The notes: a model not told the origin generated them from the sequence alone. Shown: positions 12,990 through 27,206, counted from the stretch's first letter. The stretch is 58,580 nucleotides of DNA from Octopus bimaculoides (GCF_001194135.2 NC_068984.1:114481045-114539624), one strand, 5' to 3'. Program-made: numbers and translations.

Positions 12990-13190
12990 GCAGATAGCAA
13001 TGTCATGCAAATGGCACCCATGAGAACACCCATTACACTCTTGGAATGGTTGGCGTTAGGAAGGGCATCCAGCTGTAGAAAACCATGCTAAATCAGACTG
13101 GATCCTGGCGCAGCTTTCCAGTATGCCAGCCCAGTCAAACTGTCCAACTCATGCCAGCATGGACAACAGACGAATGATGATGATAATGTT
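12990..13190 (+). mobile_element. Older RTE-tail repeat (further decayed copies near 4600-4770, 17610-17800, 21170-21330, 21690-21830, 32020-32225, 43540-43745, 50650-50860)
   Basis: Shares ggttggcgttaggaagggcatccagctgtagaaa...ccatgccagcatgga...gatgatga with the young copies. Boundaries approximate. Confidence 0.7.
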
Positions 13191-13943
13191 TCTTCATGAT
13201 ACTTTTGATCATTTAAATTGCTAGAGAAAAGATGTGATCAAAAACTAATAAAAACTAATAAAAATAGGTATAGGCATGTGTGCTTTGCAACCACATGGTT
13301 TGGGAGCAGTTCCACTAAGTGGCACCTTAGCCAGGTGCCTTCTATAATAGCCCCAAGCCAGCTGATGCTTTGGGAGTGAATTTGATGGATTGAAACTGTG
13401 GTTTTACAGTCACGTGGTTTTGGATACAGTTCAACTGCACAGCATCTTGGGCAAGTGTCTTCTACTATAACCCCAGGCTGACCAATGCCTTCTGATTAGT
13501 TCAGAAATGTGAGGAAGCCTGTCATGTGTGCATGCTTCTGTCTGTTTACCCCCCTCCCATAACACACACACACACACACACACACATGCACTTATTGCTC
13601 AACAACCAATGTTGTTTTATAACTTGACTGAACACCCTGTGCACCCATTGGCAAAACTCAAGAGTAGCAAGAGACTGACTCAACCAAAATAAAAAAATGT
13701 TATTAATCTCTACTATGGTATTGAGTACTCTTTCTTCTGACAGCCGACACTCAAATACGCACTCTTTGAAACATATATGCATGTGTATATAAGTGGTAGG
13801 GAAGGGACATACATGTGTGTACATTAAAAACTCAATTCTATTGGGAGATACTTCATGTTTTATAACAAATCTTATTTTCTTTCTTTTTCCTGTATTTATT
13901 TATTTGTGATATAACAAGTGAAATAGTTAAATATATATATATG

Positions 13944-13976
<33 letters not shown>

Positions 13977-14101
13977 NNNNNNNNNNNNNNNNNNNNNNNN
14001 NNNNNNNNNNNNNNNNNNNNNNNNNNNNNNNNNNNNNNNNNNNNNNNNNNNNNNNNNNNNNNNNNNNNNNNNNNNNNNNNNNNNNNNNNNNNNNNNNNNN
14101 N
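13977..14101. other. Assembly gap (others at ~16516-16654, 26442-26605, 28139-28148, 28878-28887, 33592-33601, 36604-36613, 40213-40466, 43368-43377, 54186-54310)
   Basis: N runs, mostly next to microsatellites or repeats. Confidence 0.97.
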
Positions 14102-15027
14102 CTTGACAGTGGGGAGATATTGAAATATGAACTTAACTTGCCTTACAACTTTCTCGAACAAAAATTAGGTCATATAAAGAAGGAAATAAAACACAATGAC
14201 AAAGTAAAACAGAAATATTTAACAAATATATAAATAAAATAGAAACAATAACCTCTAAGATAAAGACTTAAATCCATATTAAAAGAATGGTGGTGGTGGT
14301 GGTGGTGGTGATGGTGGTGTCAGCAGTGATTGCCAAATGAAGGAAGTGTTGTTAAAATTTGATATTTCAATAGAATCTAGGCTTTAACAGTAGTTATATA
14401 ACTGTTCAGTTGGTAGAGATAGTGTTGGCATCTCTCATTTGTCGACTTCGTATTCTGGCAGTGAGTGAGAAAAAAAAGAAAAAAACACTGATTTTTTTCT
14501 TTTACTCTATAAAGCTTAACTGCTGTTGAAAGGTTGTAGGTGGGAACTAACAACCATTATTATTTAGAAGGTGGCACAAGCAGAAGCAAAGATTGGGTTT
14601 TGGTGTCATTTCAGTGTTAATACTATAGCAACTGCTGGTGTATATACGTTTTCCATAAGCTTGTGGTTGTTGTTTTAAAGAAATCCTGTTCATTCCTGAA
14701 ATATCATTTGGTTAATGAATCACATATAAGATTCATTAACAGAAAACATGGTTAAGGAGATTGTTTTGCAACCATGTGGTTTCAGATACAGTCTAGTTAT
14801 ACAGCATCTAGGGCAAATGCCTTCTACTATAGCCCCTGGATGATCAATGCCTTGTGAGATAATTTGGAAAATGTGTGGAAGCCTGTGTCATGTGTGTGTG
14901 AGTCTTTCTGTCTGTGTTCCCCCCCCCCATTGCTCAACAACCAGTGTTGTTTTGTTTACATGCCCATAACTTGGTTTAGCTTAAGATACTGACAGAATAA
15001 GTATCAGGCATAAAAATACAATACATA

Positions 15028-15206
15028 GGCGTAGGAGTGGCTATGTGGTAAGTAGCTTGCTTACCAACCACATGGTTCCGGGTTCAGTCCCACTGGCAAG
15101 TGTCTTCTACTATAGCCTCAGGCCGACCAAAGCCTTGTGAGTGGATTTGGTAGACGGAAAATGAAAGAAGCCTGTCGTATATATGTATATACATATATGT
15201 ATATAC

Positions 15207-15240
<34 letters not shown>

Positions 15241-15462
15241 GAGTGTATATGTTTGTGTGTCTGTGTTTGTCCTCCCAACATCGCTTGACAACCGATGCTG
15301 GTGTGTTTATGTCCCCGTAACTTAACAGTTCGGCAAAAGATACCGATAGAACAAGTACTAGGCTTACAAAGAATAAATCCTGGGGTCGATTTGCTTGACT
15401 AAAGGCGGTGCTCCAGCATGGCCACAGTCAAATGACTGAAACAAGTAAAAGAGTAAAAGAGA
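15028..15462 (+). mobile_element. tRNA-derived SINE family 1 (ggcgtaggagtggct... head, internal TA/TG microsatellite)
   Basis: Pol III A-box-like TGGCTATGTGG and B-box-like GGTTCAGTCCC; body ends ...ctccagcatggccacagtcaaatgactgaaacaagtaaaagag. Many copies in the window. Confidence 0.85.
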
Positions 15463-17465
15463 TATTGGGGTCAGTTTGTTCAACGAAAACCCTTCAAGGT
15501 GGTGCTCCAGCACGGCCACAATTCAATGATTGAAACAAGTAAGAGATAAAAGATAAAGCAAAAAATTAACTTCAATATTTTGCATGCCTTTATAGCTAAA
15601 TTTTTTGAAAATTACAATTACTAACTCTTTCGATACCAACCTGCTTGAGACTATCCCTGTTCTATGGTGCACATCTCCTATTTTAAACTGATCTAAATTT
15701 TAAAGAACTTTCATCAAAATTTCAACTTAACTCTTTCAATATCAACCTGTGTGAAACCACTCTTGGTTTAACAATATAAACTTTCCATTTTAAAGTGATC
15801 TAAATTAATATCTTCCATCAAAATTTCATTTCAATTTATGTTCCAAAAGTCAGTTTAATAATGACAAAACAAAGCCAGTGTATTTCAACAGAAATATGCT
15901 GACAAAAGGGTTAAATTGCAGTAAATCACTTACATGGAGATCTGGTACCTCAAAGCTTAATGAGTTAAAAATTAGTGTTTTAGTTTAAAAGCAAAGTAAT
16001 ATTATCATTACTTATTTTATCAATGATAAAGGATTAGATAATGACCCACTCTCTATCATTACTTATTCTATATTATTGTTACTTTACAATAAAGTTAAGT
16101 AAACTTTCTAGGGACAAATCAAACTACATTTCCTTGTCACTATTACTTCTAGTTACTATCTTATTTACAAGCATCACACAACAATTAAGGTTTCAATAAA
16201 CCAATAGCTTTCTCATTTTACTTTACACAAGCATGGCTGATTGCTTAACATGGTTTGGGATTCAGTCCCATTGTGTGATGCACCAAACAAGTGTCTTTTA
16301 CTACAGCCACGGGCTGACCAAAGCTGTGTGCAACCGTTGTGCAACGTTGGGGAAACTCTCTTTTTTACCTCACTTGGAAACAAGTGAGGTTTGGTAACCA
16401 TGTAGCACCTTCTGCAAATGTTTTCTACTATAATCTTGGTCAACCAAAGCCTTGCGAGTGGATTTTGCGGATAGAAACTAGAAGAAGCCCAGTGTGTGTG
16501 TGTGTGTGTGTGTGTNNNNNNNNNNNNNNNNNNNNNNNNNNNNNNNNNNNNNNNNNNNNNNNNNNNNNNNNNNNNNNNNNNNNNNNNNNNNNNNNNNNNN
16601 NNNNNNNNNNNNNNNNNNNNNNNNNNNNNNNNNNNNNNNNNNNNNNNNNNNNNNGTGTGTACACTAGCTTAAAAGCCGTACTCCATGTGGGCTTTTAAGC
16701 AAGCTCCTGTGAAGGGCTAACTGGGCCTGTGGCCCCAAAATAAAGAGAGCTAAACTGCATGATTATAATACATCTATAATGACTATATGCCCTGGTGGTA
16801 TTTGATCAGAGGTTAAGGACAGATGGGAATTAATTCTGTAATATAATCATTCTATCGTTCCAGTCCCAAGTTGAATTCTAGCTGTTAGCCAGTTTGTCCC
16901 AAAGTTCTTAATCTCAACTAAAATTAATGAAGGAAATGTCATTTATCTCCCCCTTGATCTCTGACATCATCTGACAAACACCAACCTAGATTGTGTGAAT
17001 CAACCAAAAAAATAGCAACCCAAATGCTTTTATGTCAGATCCCAATGCTGGATGTTCAAGAACTAAATGAAAGGCAGATTTTCAATCCTGGGATCATCCT
17101 GATTCCAAATAGATATAATATGTCTAGGTAGAGTGAATGTAGACTGAGGTACACGGGTCTTGAATGGACAGAATTTTGCATTTATTACATAGCTATGTGT
17201 GGGTGTCTTTGTGTCTGCGTTTCTCCCGTACCACTGCTTGACAACCAGTGTTGATGTGTTCATGTATCTGTAACTTAGAAGTTCAGCAAAATTGAACAAT
17301 AGAATAAGCACCAGGCTTTAAAAAAAAAAGTACCGGTGTTGATTCATACTACTAAAAATTCTTCAAGGTGGCACACCAGCTTGGCCACAATCTCATGACT
17401 GAAACCCTTAATCCTGACACATTGTTACCCTCCCCTCTCTCCATTTTTTCTCCTCTGATCCCTTT

Positions 17466-17493
17466 CTGTTGAAGAGCACAGGCTCAAAACATC
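17466..17493 (+). other. Degenerate minimal hammerhead ribozyme motif (Penelope-like element relic, ~17410-17575)
   Basis: CTGTTGA-A-GAGC-acag-GCTC-AAAAC-ATC compared with the canonical CUGANGA-stem II-GAAAC-GUH core. Confidence 0.5.
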
Positions 17494-18614
17494 AAAGACT
17501 TTTCCATTCTTCCCGAGCGTCAAGCTAATACACTCCCACCCCTGTCTTTCTCTTCTATTTTCTATACATTTGAACCACACACACACACACATATATATAT
17601 ATATGCTGATGCCATATAAAAAGCACCCAGTACATTCTCTAAAGTGGCTGGCATTAGGAAGGGTATCTAGCTGTAGAAACTATGCCAATACAGACAATTG
17701 GAGCCAGATGTAGCCCCCCCCCCACCAGCTTGCCAGCTCCTGTCAAACCATCTAACCTATGCCAATATGAAAAACAGGCATATGATGATTATGACAATGA
17801 TAAACTGCCAATTTCTTACATATTTAACTCTTTACATGTTAAATAACAATTAGAACTAGTTCCCATTGAGTACACTAATACTTCTGTTAATAATTACTCT
17901 AATATGCAGTTGAGTAGTAGTAGTAGTAGTAGTAGTAGTAAGATAGTTGTATCTTTATAACTATCTCTTTTCTATCAGCTGCACTGGCAAACAGTCTGGT
18001 AGAGTTGTTTGATAGAATGGTCATGCTTGACGGAACAGTCTTGCTTAATAGAATGGTCTAGCTTGGCTTTGCTTTTATAGAATGATCCCATATTTTTGCA
18101 GACTACTATTACATGAAAGACTGAATAATAAAAATTTATATTTACAAATATAAATACAAATAAATAGTTAAAATATCTGCATTGCTGTCATCCAACAGGT
18201 TTTGTGTTGTTTTTTTCTTTCTGAAAATGGGTTAGGAAAATACTGCAGTAAAGTGGTTTTGAGTATGTACCATGGTAAGGTTATATATTATTGAATAGAG
18301 CTACATACCTAAAGGTCACAAGTTCAATTCTGATAGAAATACTTTTTATTTTGTTTTTTCCTTAATTGAACTCACTTCATGCAATGCGAGATTTTTACCA
18401 CTGGGTCATTAAATATTATGGAGTGCATTTCATGCTAAAAGCAGTAGCAACATTTTTAGTTTTGAAGAAACTATCCAACCTTGATTAACATTTTATTTAT
18501 GAGCATGAATACAAAAAAAAAAAAAAAAAAAGAAAAAGAATTATAATAAAAGATTTATTTGTCAAATGTGATGCAATTAACAAATATTTAAAAAAAAACA
18601 GGAAAAATACTTAC

Positions 18615-18637
18615 AGGTAAGTCTGTGAAAGCTATAC
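18615..18637 (-). CDS. RANBP9: RanBPM 23-nt microexon, (G)IAFTDLP
   Basis: (ct)n-ttccatag|GT ATA GCT TTC ACA GAC TTA CCT|GTAAGT; supplies the conserved GIAFTDLP motif and the phase 1 to 0 change. Confidence 0.96.
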
Positions 18638-20953
18638 CTATGGAAGAGAGAGAGAGAGAGAAAAAGAGAGAGAGATAAAGAATATAATTAAAAAAACAAA
18701 AAAAAATTTCAAGTAAGTAGACAGGAGAAAATGATAAGAGCAAAAACAAATCAGAAAAAAAAATAAAAACACAAGAAAAAGAAAACTTTACAGAAAATAT
18801 TGATTAGCTTTTTGTAATCATCGATCTTGATAGAGAGTAGTAGCTTAATAGAAAATGCTGAACATTAAGAAGAGGGCTTTAATTTATGATGACCTGCAAG
18901 AGAAGAGCTGAAACAGACAAAGAGAAGAGAATGCATGCATGGTTGGTCGATAACAGTTGTTCCCTCTTCCTATCATCATCATCACCATTATTATTATTAT
19001 TAGGAATAGGAAGTGGGAAATGGAGATGGAGAAAGGGAGCTTTATTATTATTATTATATAAACCATTTGAATAAAATTTGTTCTTTGTATATTTTGCTTC
19101 TGGGGAACATTGTTTTCCTACCTTCTTGCCTGCCAACCAACCAACCAACCAACCAAGCTAACTATCCTGAAACTCAGTGGATCATGTGAAAATTAAGTTG
19201 ACAATAATTAATTACTCTTCTGCAAAGCTTGGATTTAGTTCTACATTATTTTTTTGTTAATTCTTCAAAATTCTATTTAGACAATCCACAAAATATGAGA
19301 AGCCTGACCAGGCTCATTTAAACCCAGGTTAATTGCACTTTTCCTTTTCTGCACCCTCCCACCACCTTTTCATTCATCTAATGAAAAATGTACACACACA
19401 CTCATTACTCCCACTCATGCATAGAGAACATGTCTAATTTAAAATGCACCCATAAAATAAATTAGAAATCAGTGCCTTCGTTTTTTTTTTATATAGTTTA
19501 ATCCACAGAGGAATGGGACCTGACTATTCTGGGGCTACTGGAACTTATTTTTAGATCAGGAACCTGCTTGCAACAGAATGTCTTGATCATACTCATCTGT
19601 CAGAATAATGAGAACCATTCAGCCATCCTTAAGAATGACTGATGACTCGTGCAGTGAGTTTGTTTAAAGTGAAAAAGAGTTGTGCACAATCAACCTCACT
19701 CTCTTGTCCATGACCATATTTAATCCAACGGTAAGACCAAGCCAAGATGACTGGGGATAGAAAGGGATGCAGTGGATGACCAAGATATCTTACTTGCCTC
19801 ATCCTGCTCTCTGCTCTCTACAATGCATTACTGCAGCAGCCTTCCCCTCCACTGACCCATGAAAGTTTCTTCTGCAGAGTCTGCTGGATCCAGTCTTCAC
19901 ATGCACAGGTCGGCAAACCCTAATATGCTAATTAACCTATAGCTGGGACCCTGACAAGAGTTACTACTCCAAGTTAGAGTAGATCTGGGAACAATAGTGG
20001 TTAAGAGATGACTCCATACTCCTCAAAAACCTTGGAACTATTAAATGAAGGCCCCACTATTGAATGCAATTTAAAGTCATACCCAGGAAAAAGAATGTAT
20101 TCTGTTAAAGGCACCCTTAAAGCAGGTGACAAGATTATGTTCACAACCCAATACTTGCACACTGGCATTGATAATAATATATGAAATTTCACATAAGTTT
20201 CAAATATAAATATTGAACCCTTTTCTTATTTTTATTAATATGAAATTACAATTGTAAAGCAGAAGACAAAGAGTGAAATACATAAACTCTACCAATTATC
20301 CGGTATTCTTGGTCCCAGAGCCTTGACAGATTAACCATTTTGCCGGGCCATTCGTAGTTATATAATAATAATTCATCAACACACCTGTAACCTATTAATT
20401 ACACTAATTACTAATCATGTCATAGTGCTTAGAAACCAAAATACCACAGTCCATTTTTTTCAACAGTTTTACTTTACCTTGGATTAATATAGATTGGAGT
20501 TTATGTTTGACACTACCAATGATGATCTCAATTATCTTACATGTAGCAGCCACAATTAAGGGCAAATTTAAGCTATATAAGCAGAGGATCTCTCAAAATT
20601 TTGGTATCACCACTAACAAGTGCAGCGTAAATAATACATGTAAACACATGGTAAAACACCACTAATGGTTATGCAGTGAACTAGAATGGCAGCCACAGGA
20701 ATTCCACGTTTCCATCTCATAATTTATCCAGAATGTAGGAGTTGCTGAACCATCAGTTGCTAGAAAAATGGTGGTGTGCCTATATTTGGTTTGTAAGTAT
20801 ATTTCTAATATACTGGGTTATAGGAGCTGTGAAAAGAAACTATCCAACTTTTGATTAACAGAGAGAATCAACAAGAAATCCAAACTGGCTAATATAACCA
20901 ACAAGGGTTGGCTTAAATTATACATCTGGACAAAATGGAAACTATTTCAATCA

Positions 20954-21005
<52 letters not shown>

Positions 21006-22082
21006 CAAGACACAGAATGAAAGAATAGCTGTATGGGTTTAAGTATGCAGATGAGGATGCATATAAATCAATATTAGGACCTGTGGTAGCAACTTAAAGC
21101 ATTATTGTGATAGTATACAGCAATATATAAAAGTACATATCACTGTATACAATATATGAAGATTAACATCCACCTTCCATACTGGCAGAGGTGGGACTGC
21201 ATTGAGCGCCAGTGCCTGCTGGGTGTCCTTCTTATGCCAACCTTCTTACAGAGTGTATTGGGTGCTTTTTTTTGTGGCACAGGCACTAGTGAGGTCACCA
21301 AGCAACTCGCTCACCTTAGTGGGGGTATAGCACTGAGGGAGTGGTTTTATGGTAGATATTAAGAAGTTAAAGTATGATAGAGGGACAGGAACATATGTCT
21401 TGGTATAGAGGAAATAATAGAGCTATCCTAGATAGAAAGAGAGAAAGAGATGGTGGTGATATTCACTTTCTTGTATCTTGAGGTACAAGGTGAAAATAAT
21501 AAAGAATACGGACAGAGGATCTGAAAGGGTGGATAGGAGAGTGACAGATGGTTAGAGATAGGGATGGAGGTGTGTATAGTCAGGGAGGGGTATATGAAGT
21601 ATAGCTTAGTCAATGGAAGTAAGACAGCACCCAGCACTTTATTGGAGGGTCTCTGAGACTTGTGAAACATCATCATTGTTACCATTAAATATGCCTGTTG
21701 CCATGCTGGCATGGACTGGATGGTCAGACAGGATCCAATAGGTCCAAGAACTGTATTGTGATCCAATGTCTGCTTTGGCATGGTTTCTACAGCTGGATGC
21801 CTTCCTAACACCAACCACTTTACTGTGTGTACTGTTGCAGCTCATGGGTTGTACGAAGTAGAACATGAAAATATTGAATTGCCCTCAAATTGGAGACCTG
21901 GACCTTATGCTTGACCAGAGTGGACTCTATCAACAAGCTTCTGATAGTTTTTGTCTACCCAATTTCATTCTCAAAGTTTAGGTCAATCCAAAGATATAGC
22001 AGAAGACACCTGCTCAGGTGACATGCAAGTAAGGTTAAATTGGTAATTATGTTATTGTAAACCTAGCCATACAACTATAATA

Positions 22083-22236
22083 GAGAGGTAGAGAGAGGGG
22101 GGAGAGGTAGAAAGAGAGGGGGAAGAGGTAGAGAGGGGGGAGAGGTAGAGAGAGGGGGTGGAGAGGTAGAGAGAGAGGGGGAGAGGTAGAGAGAGAGGGG
22201 GAGAGGTAGAGAGAGAGGGGGGGAGGAGGTAGAGAG
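22083..22236 (+). repeat. Polypurine minisatellite (agagaggtagagagagggggg-type units)
   Basis: About 150 nt of almost pure A/G with a periodic GGTA. Confidence 0.9.
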
Positions 22237-23973
22237 ACTGGCTCTTCATAAAGTGACCTCATGCATCTATTTATAACATCTGTTCTTTCAAATTGGCAGG
22301 GATTTGTTGGTTCTACGTGTTAATATTTGGTAGTATTACAAATGGTATTTAGTATAAGATACTAGTATTAGGTCATTGCTAATTGAACAGCCAGAGTTAG
22401 ACTTGTTTATGTATCACGACATACATAGCTGCAGCCATATTTTTATAACAAATTGTTCTTGATAGTATCAAACTGGGTTATAATGGTTACAAACAATATA
22501 AACAGGATGAAGATAGCTAGTGATCTCTCTTATTTTCTATTCAGTGAACAAACTGATAAACAACCATAAAATCTCATCAAACAACAGGTACAAAATAATA
22601 TAACTATACTCATATACTGTATTTGATAGCATAGAAGACACGCAGGTATATTAAGAGCACCGTAATTTCAGCAGTGCATATTCAGGAGAAAAAAGTTTTT
22701 AGTGCATTAAAGCATATAATATATAGGGCCAACTTTGCATAATAAGATGCAGGATGATTTTTTTTTTTGGAGATTTTCTTTATTGTAAAACATGCACATC
22801 TTATACGCCACCAAATAAATATGGACATGGTCGAGTGGTTAAGATGTTCACTTTGCAACTTCATGGTTTCAGGCTCAATCCCACTGCATGGTATCTTGGG
22901 AAATTAGCTTCAGCTAATCAATGTCTTGTGAGTGAAATTGGTAGAAGGAAAATGTATGTAAATCAGCCATGTACACATTTGTGAGTGTATGCATGCACAT
23001 GTATGTGTGCATATATCAGCCTTTTTCTGTCTGTCTTCATGTTGTTCCTTAACTTAGCAGTTTGACAAATAGTAATAAGTACCAGGCTTAAATGATAAGT
23101 AATACAGCAGTCCAATCATTGAAAACAAGGAAAAGAATATGACCAGCTGAAAGCAGATTTGTACCTGACTCTATACTTAAAGCAGAAGCTGTAATTCACA
23201 TGAACAATGTTTATGTTACTAGGCTCAAGAGATATGAAATTTATAGACAATAACGTTATGAAGGAGGGCTTAAAAAAACAGGATATTAAATAAATATTGA
23301 AATATAGACAAATGGACTAACAATAAAATGGTATCTGACAGGACCACCAATATACCATATATTTAACAAAAAGAGGTTTCAGTTTCAGTCTAATCTACCT
23401 AATTAAGTCACACTGCTTAAAATTAACTCCTAACTATACCACACGGTATCTTATAGGGCTGCATCAGTTAGCCAGTCACAAAATACAAAGTATCATAAGA
23501 ATTGTACAAAGCTTCTTTATATATTCATTTTGAAGGAAGTGAGGAAGACTCTAATACAAGGGAAACAGCTAATTTTCTCTCTCTCTCTCTCCCATTCATC
23601 TCTGATCTGTAACAGAATCATTACAGGACTGAATTTTTGACTTACAAACTTACAAAGTTTTTCAACAGGATATTAAGCATTAAAGAAATTGAAGCACTGC
23701 AGGTTTTATGATATACTATCTATTTTGCATAAACGATTTGACTAGAGCACACCATTCAATATCAGTTTATAACAGCTGTAGCAAACTCATAAGAGGTGGA
23801 GAGAGAACATAGGTTCGTTTGCTCGAACAGGAGAAATTGTTGATTTCTCATTGGTTAAAAATTACTGCCCATATACGAATTCTGAACTTTCATTAAAGAA
23901 ATCTTTCACGAAGTACGGTTCTAGAATTTGTGTATGAGCAGTTATAAAAACCCTGATTTTTGGAAAACTCTCC

Positions 23974-24102
23974 AGTGATTGTTGGGTTGTCAATCAAATC
24001 CACGACACTCACTCTCAAGTGATCGTTGGGTTGTCAATCAAATCCACGACACTCATTCTCAGTGATCGTTGATTGTCAATCAAATCCACGACACTCACCC
24101 TC
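23974..24102 (+). repeat. Tandem repeat, 3 x ~43 bp
   Basis: Unit agtgatYgttgggttgtcaatcaaatccacgacactcaYtctc at 23974, 24018 and 24061. Confidence 0.9.
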
Positions 24103-27100
24103 TTGAGTATCAGCTAATATTCATGCCATGTTCAATACTCAAATCCAACAAGATTGAATTGTTGTGAACTCTAGTAGTTAGCATGAAAGATTAGTTAGTG
24201 TGAATTTTAAGTTGTAATCCTCTACGACAAAATGACTTTACTTTCTAATTGTTCTATAAATGCCAAATGTACATAATAAACTAATGTAGAAATTTATTTT
24301 CTTTTACTTCACATTCTTTCAACTTGTTAAATTTATTTCTGTATTTATGAAACTGTGTATTTTTTATGTAACGGTCAAAAGAATACGACTCCATATCTTC
24401 AACATACATGCACGTATTGAACACACGTTCAGCGTCTTGGTATGTATAATTCATCATAACAGCCTGAATTAAGAGTTATGCATGGTGATAAATACTTATA
24501 CAGCCATGGGCAATTTGTGGTTCATGGAACTTTCTGCATGGATCACCTAATGAAACATTACCTTGAAATTTTTTTTAGTAGTATGCCCATAATGAATGTT
24601 TTATTCACCCTATGAAATACATGTAAGTTACATAAATTCACTTGATGGTTAAATTAGATTGAACATTAATACTTAATCAATATTAAGCAGCAAGATGGCA
24701 GAGTCTTTAGTATGCTATGCAAAATGCTTAGCAGCATTTTGTTTGTCTTCACGTTCTGAGTTCAAATGCCTGCCAGGGTCAACTTTGCCTTTCATCCTTC
24801 TGGGGGCAAATGTAATCAACTTAACCCTTCCCCTGAATTGCTGGCCTTGGACCAAAATTCGAAACCAATAACCAATATTTTGCATGTTGGCACAAAGTCA
24901 GAAATTAATGGGGGGGGGGGATTACTGTTGATAAAGAGAATTGAGTCAGTACGTGCCTGGTACTAACCTTATTGACCTTGCAAATACAACCCCATGAGAA
25001 TTTGCACTTTGAAACTAAATACAGAAGGTATTTGGTTCAATGTTTTGCCATTGCTATTAATCCCCACTCCCACAGCATCTAATTGCTAGAGCTACTAAAG
25101 TACTAACAATATGTAACATTTGTCCTGGTTGACTGGGTGAGTATCCAGCTAGTGAGAACTCATTTAGAATATTTCTGAAATATGTTATGAATTAGAAAAT
25201 TAAATAAAAGGGTTGAAATTTCAAAAGAATCTTTTTGTGAACAAACTGTTTAAATTATAAATATCATTACACAGAGGTCTTGGTGATGAGGAGTTGAATG
25301 TTGTTATTGTTGTACCAAACTTGGCAAATGCCCTATTTTTATCTATGTAGACTACATCTCAAGTATTCTTTATAAAACTGTAATCAGGTAACGATTGGCA
25401 GAGGTAAAAATAACGTTTAGTAACCAAGCATTTGTAAGTAAAGAAGTTTATTCAAACACAACAGCTAGTGTGAAAAAAAATAAATGAAATGAAACAGAAC
25501 AAATATATAATTAATAGCTGACTTCAAAATATTATACTACTATTATCACTTCTAAAATACAACCTTTATGCCTACATAATCTGCAATTAATAAGTTATTC
25601 GTTTTAATAAAACATTTTCAAGACTACAAGATATAATATAGCAATTAACATAGAAGAAAAACCAGATAGCATGTACCCAGTAGCTAAAATAACTAGAGAG
25701 CAGAACAAGACTGTTATACAGACTGATGGACTGCCTGCTATGACAGAGTTTCTAGCATCTCATGGGTAAGTTGAAAAAGGACACAAGCACTACCTGTTGG
25801 TTGGTTGGTCGGTGACATCATTCTTTGTCAGTTGACCTTTCTCTACTTCCATGTGGAAGTACATATTCTTAATAGATTACCATATAGTACAAGTAGACTA
25901 TTAAGTGCAAGCAGATCGGCCTAGCTACTAGCACACACATTAACAGCAAACTTGTTAAAGCTATTTTCACAACTTATTTACACCAGTACAAGTCACTGTC
26001 AAACAGCTAGTCTATGATCATCGCTGTTGTGTAGTAGGCATTGATTTTGTATAAATACATACATCAAGATGAAAAGATTCAGTTGTAACATGTATATTGC
26101 TCTCATATTGCCTGCCATAGCTAAAAGCAAAAGTATAAAAATCTTTATGCTTCTGACATAATGTTTCGTTATAGCAATTAGTGTTTTGGACTGTGATACG
26201 GTCAGAACGAGCCAACAATAACAAGTTTTGAGTTCAACTTGTCTTTATATAATTAATAAACGCAAAAGTATAGAACAAATTTCTCAAAAGTTTATAGGTG
26301 ACATATGAGAGACGGTGGGGGTGGTGGTGCAAGAGGGAGATGAAAGAGCATGCGTGCATGTGGGTTAAATGTCTTCATCGAGACTTCTAAGATTTTGATC
26401 TTAAATCAGAGCAACTGTGTGTGTGTGTGAGAGAGAGAGAGNNNNNNNNNNNNNNNNNNNNNNNNNNNNNNNNNNNNNNNNNNNNNNNNNNNNNNNNNNN
26501 NNNNNNNNNNNNNNNNNNNNNNNNNNNNNNNNNNNNNNNNNNNNNNNNNNNNNNNNNNNNNNNNNNNNNNNNNNNNNNNNNNNNNNNNNNNNNNNNNNNN
26601 NNNNNTTTTTTGTCTTCTTCCCCCAAAGGGATCTTTAAATCAATGTAAGCTATTATTCATAGCTGAATTTTGCTTTGGGCTACATCATTAATAAAGATTT
26701 ATTAACAATAAAATTACTTCCACTGCAGAAGAAACAACATTTTGATTAATTGGAATTGATAAAAAAAAACCAAATGCTAGAACAGAAGGAAGTGATTTCA
26801 ACAGCTCTATGATTTATGATGTAAATATGTGATCCTAATTTTTAAAAAATGCTAGAGAGCTCATTGAGAAAATTTGGGCTACTACTTTGGCAGTCCCAGT
26901 TTGGGCTACTACATTGGCAGTTCAGACCAGACTGGAGCATATATACTAAGATGCTTGGTTTGTAGGCTGCTTGTTATAAAGTAAATCAATCATCTAATTT
27001 TCTCTTTTTCTCTGCCATGAATCTAAGCAGACCGACAACAGCAGTCATTTAGAGTGAGTTAGCTACATATAACAAGCTAATGAAGTTTTTTTAAAGAAAG

Positions 27101-27161
27101 AGTAGAACACAGGACACCCACGGAAATTAAGAATTTCTTTACTAAGTACAAAGCATACAGG

Positions 27162-27206
<45 letters not shown>

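Noticed and set aside
15028-15100. tRNA-like heads with A/B boxes (many copies)
   Set aside because: They continue into SINE bodies and do not form complete cloverleafs; not tRNA genes.
23974-24102. CRISPR-like look of the ~43-bp repeats
   Set aside because: Units are head-to-tail with no unique spacers, there are no cas genes, and the context is a eukaryotic intron.
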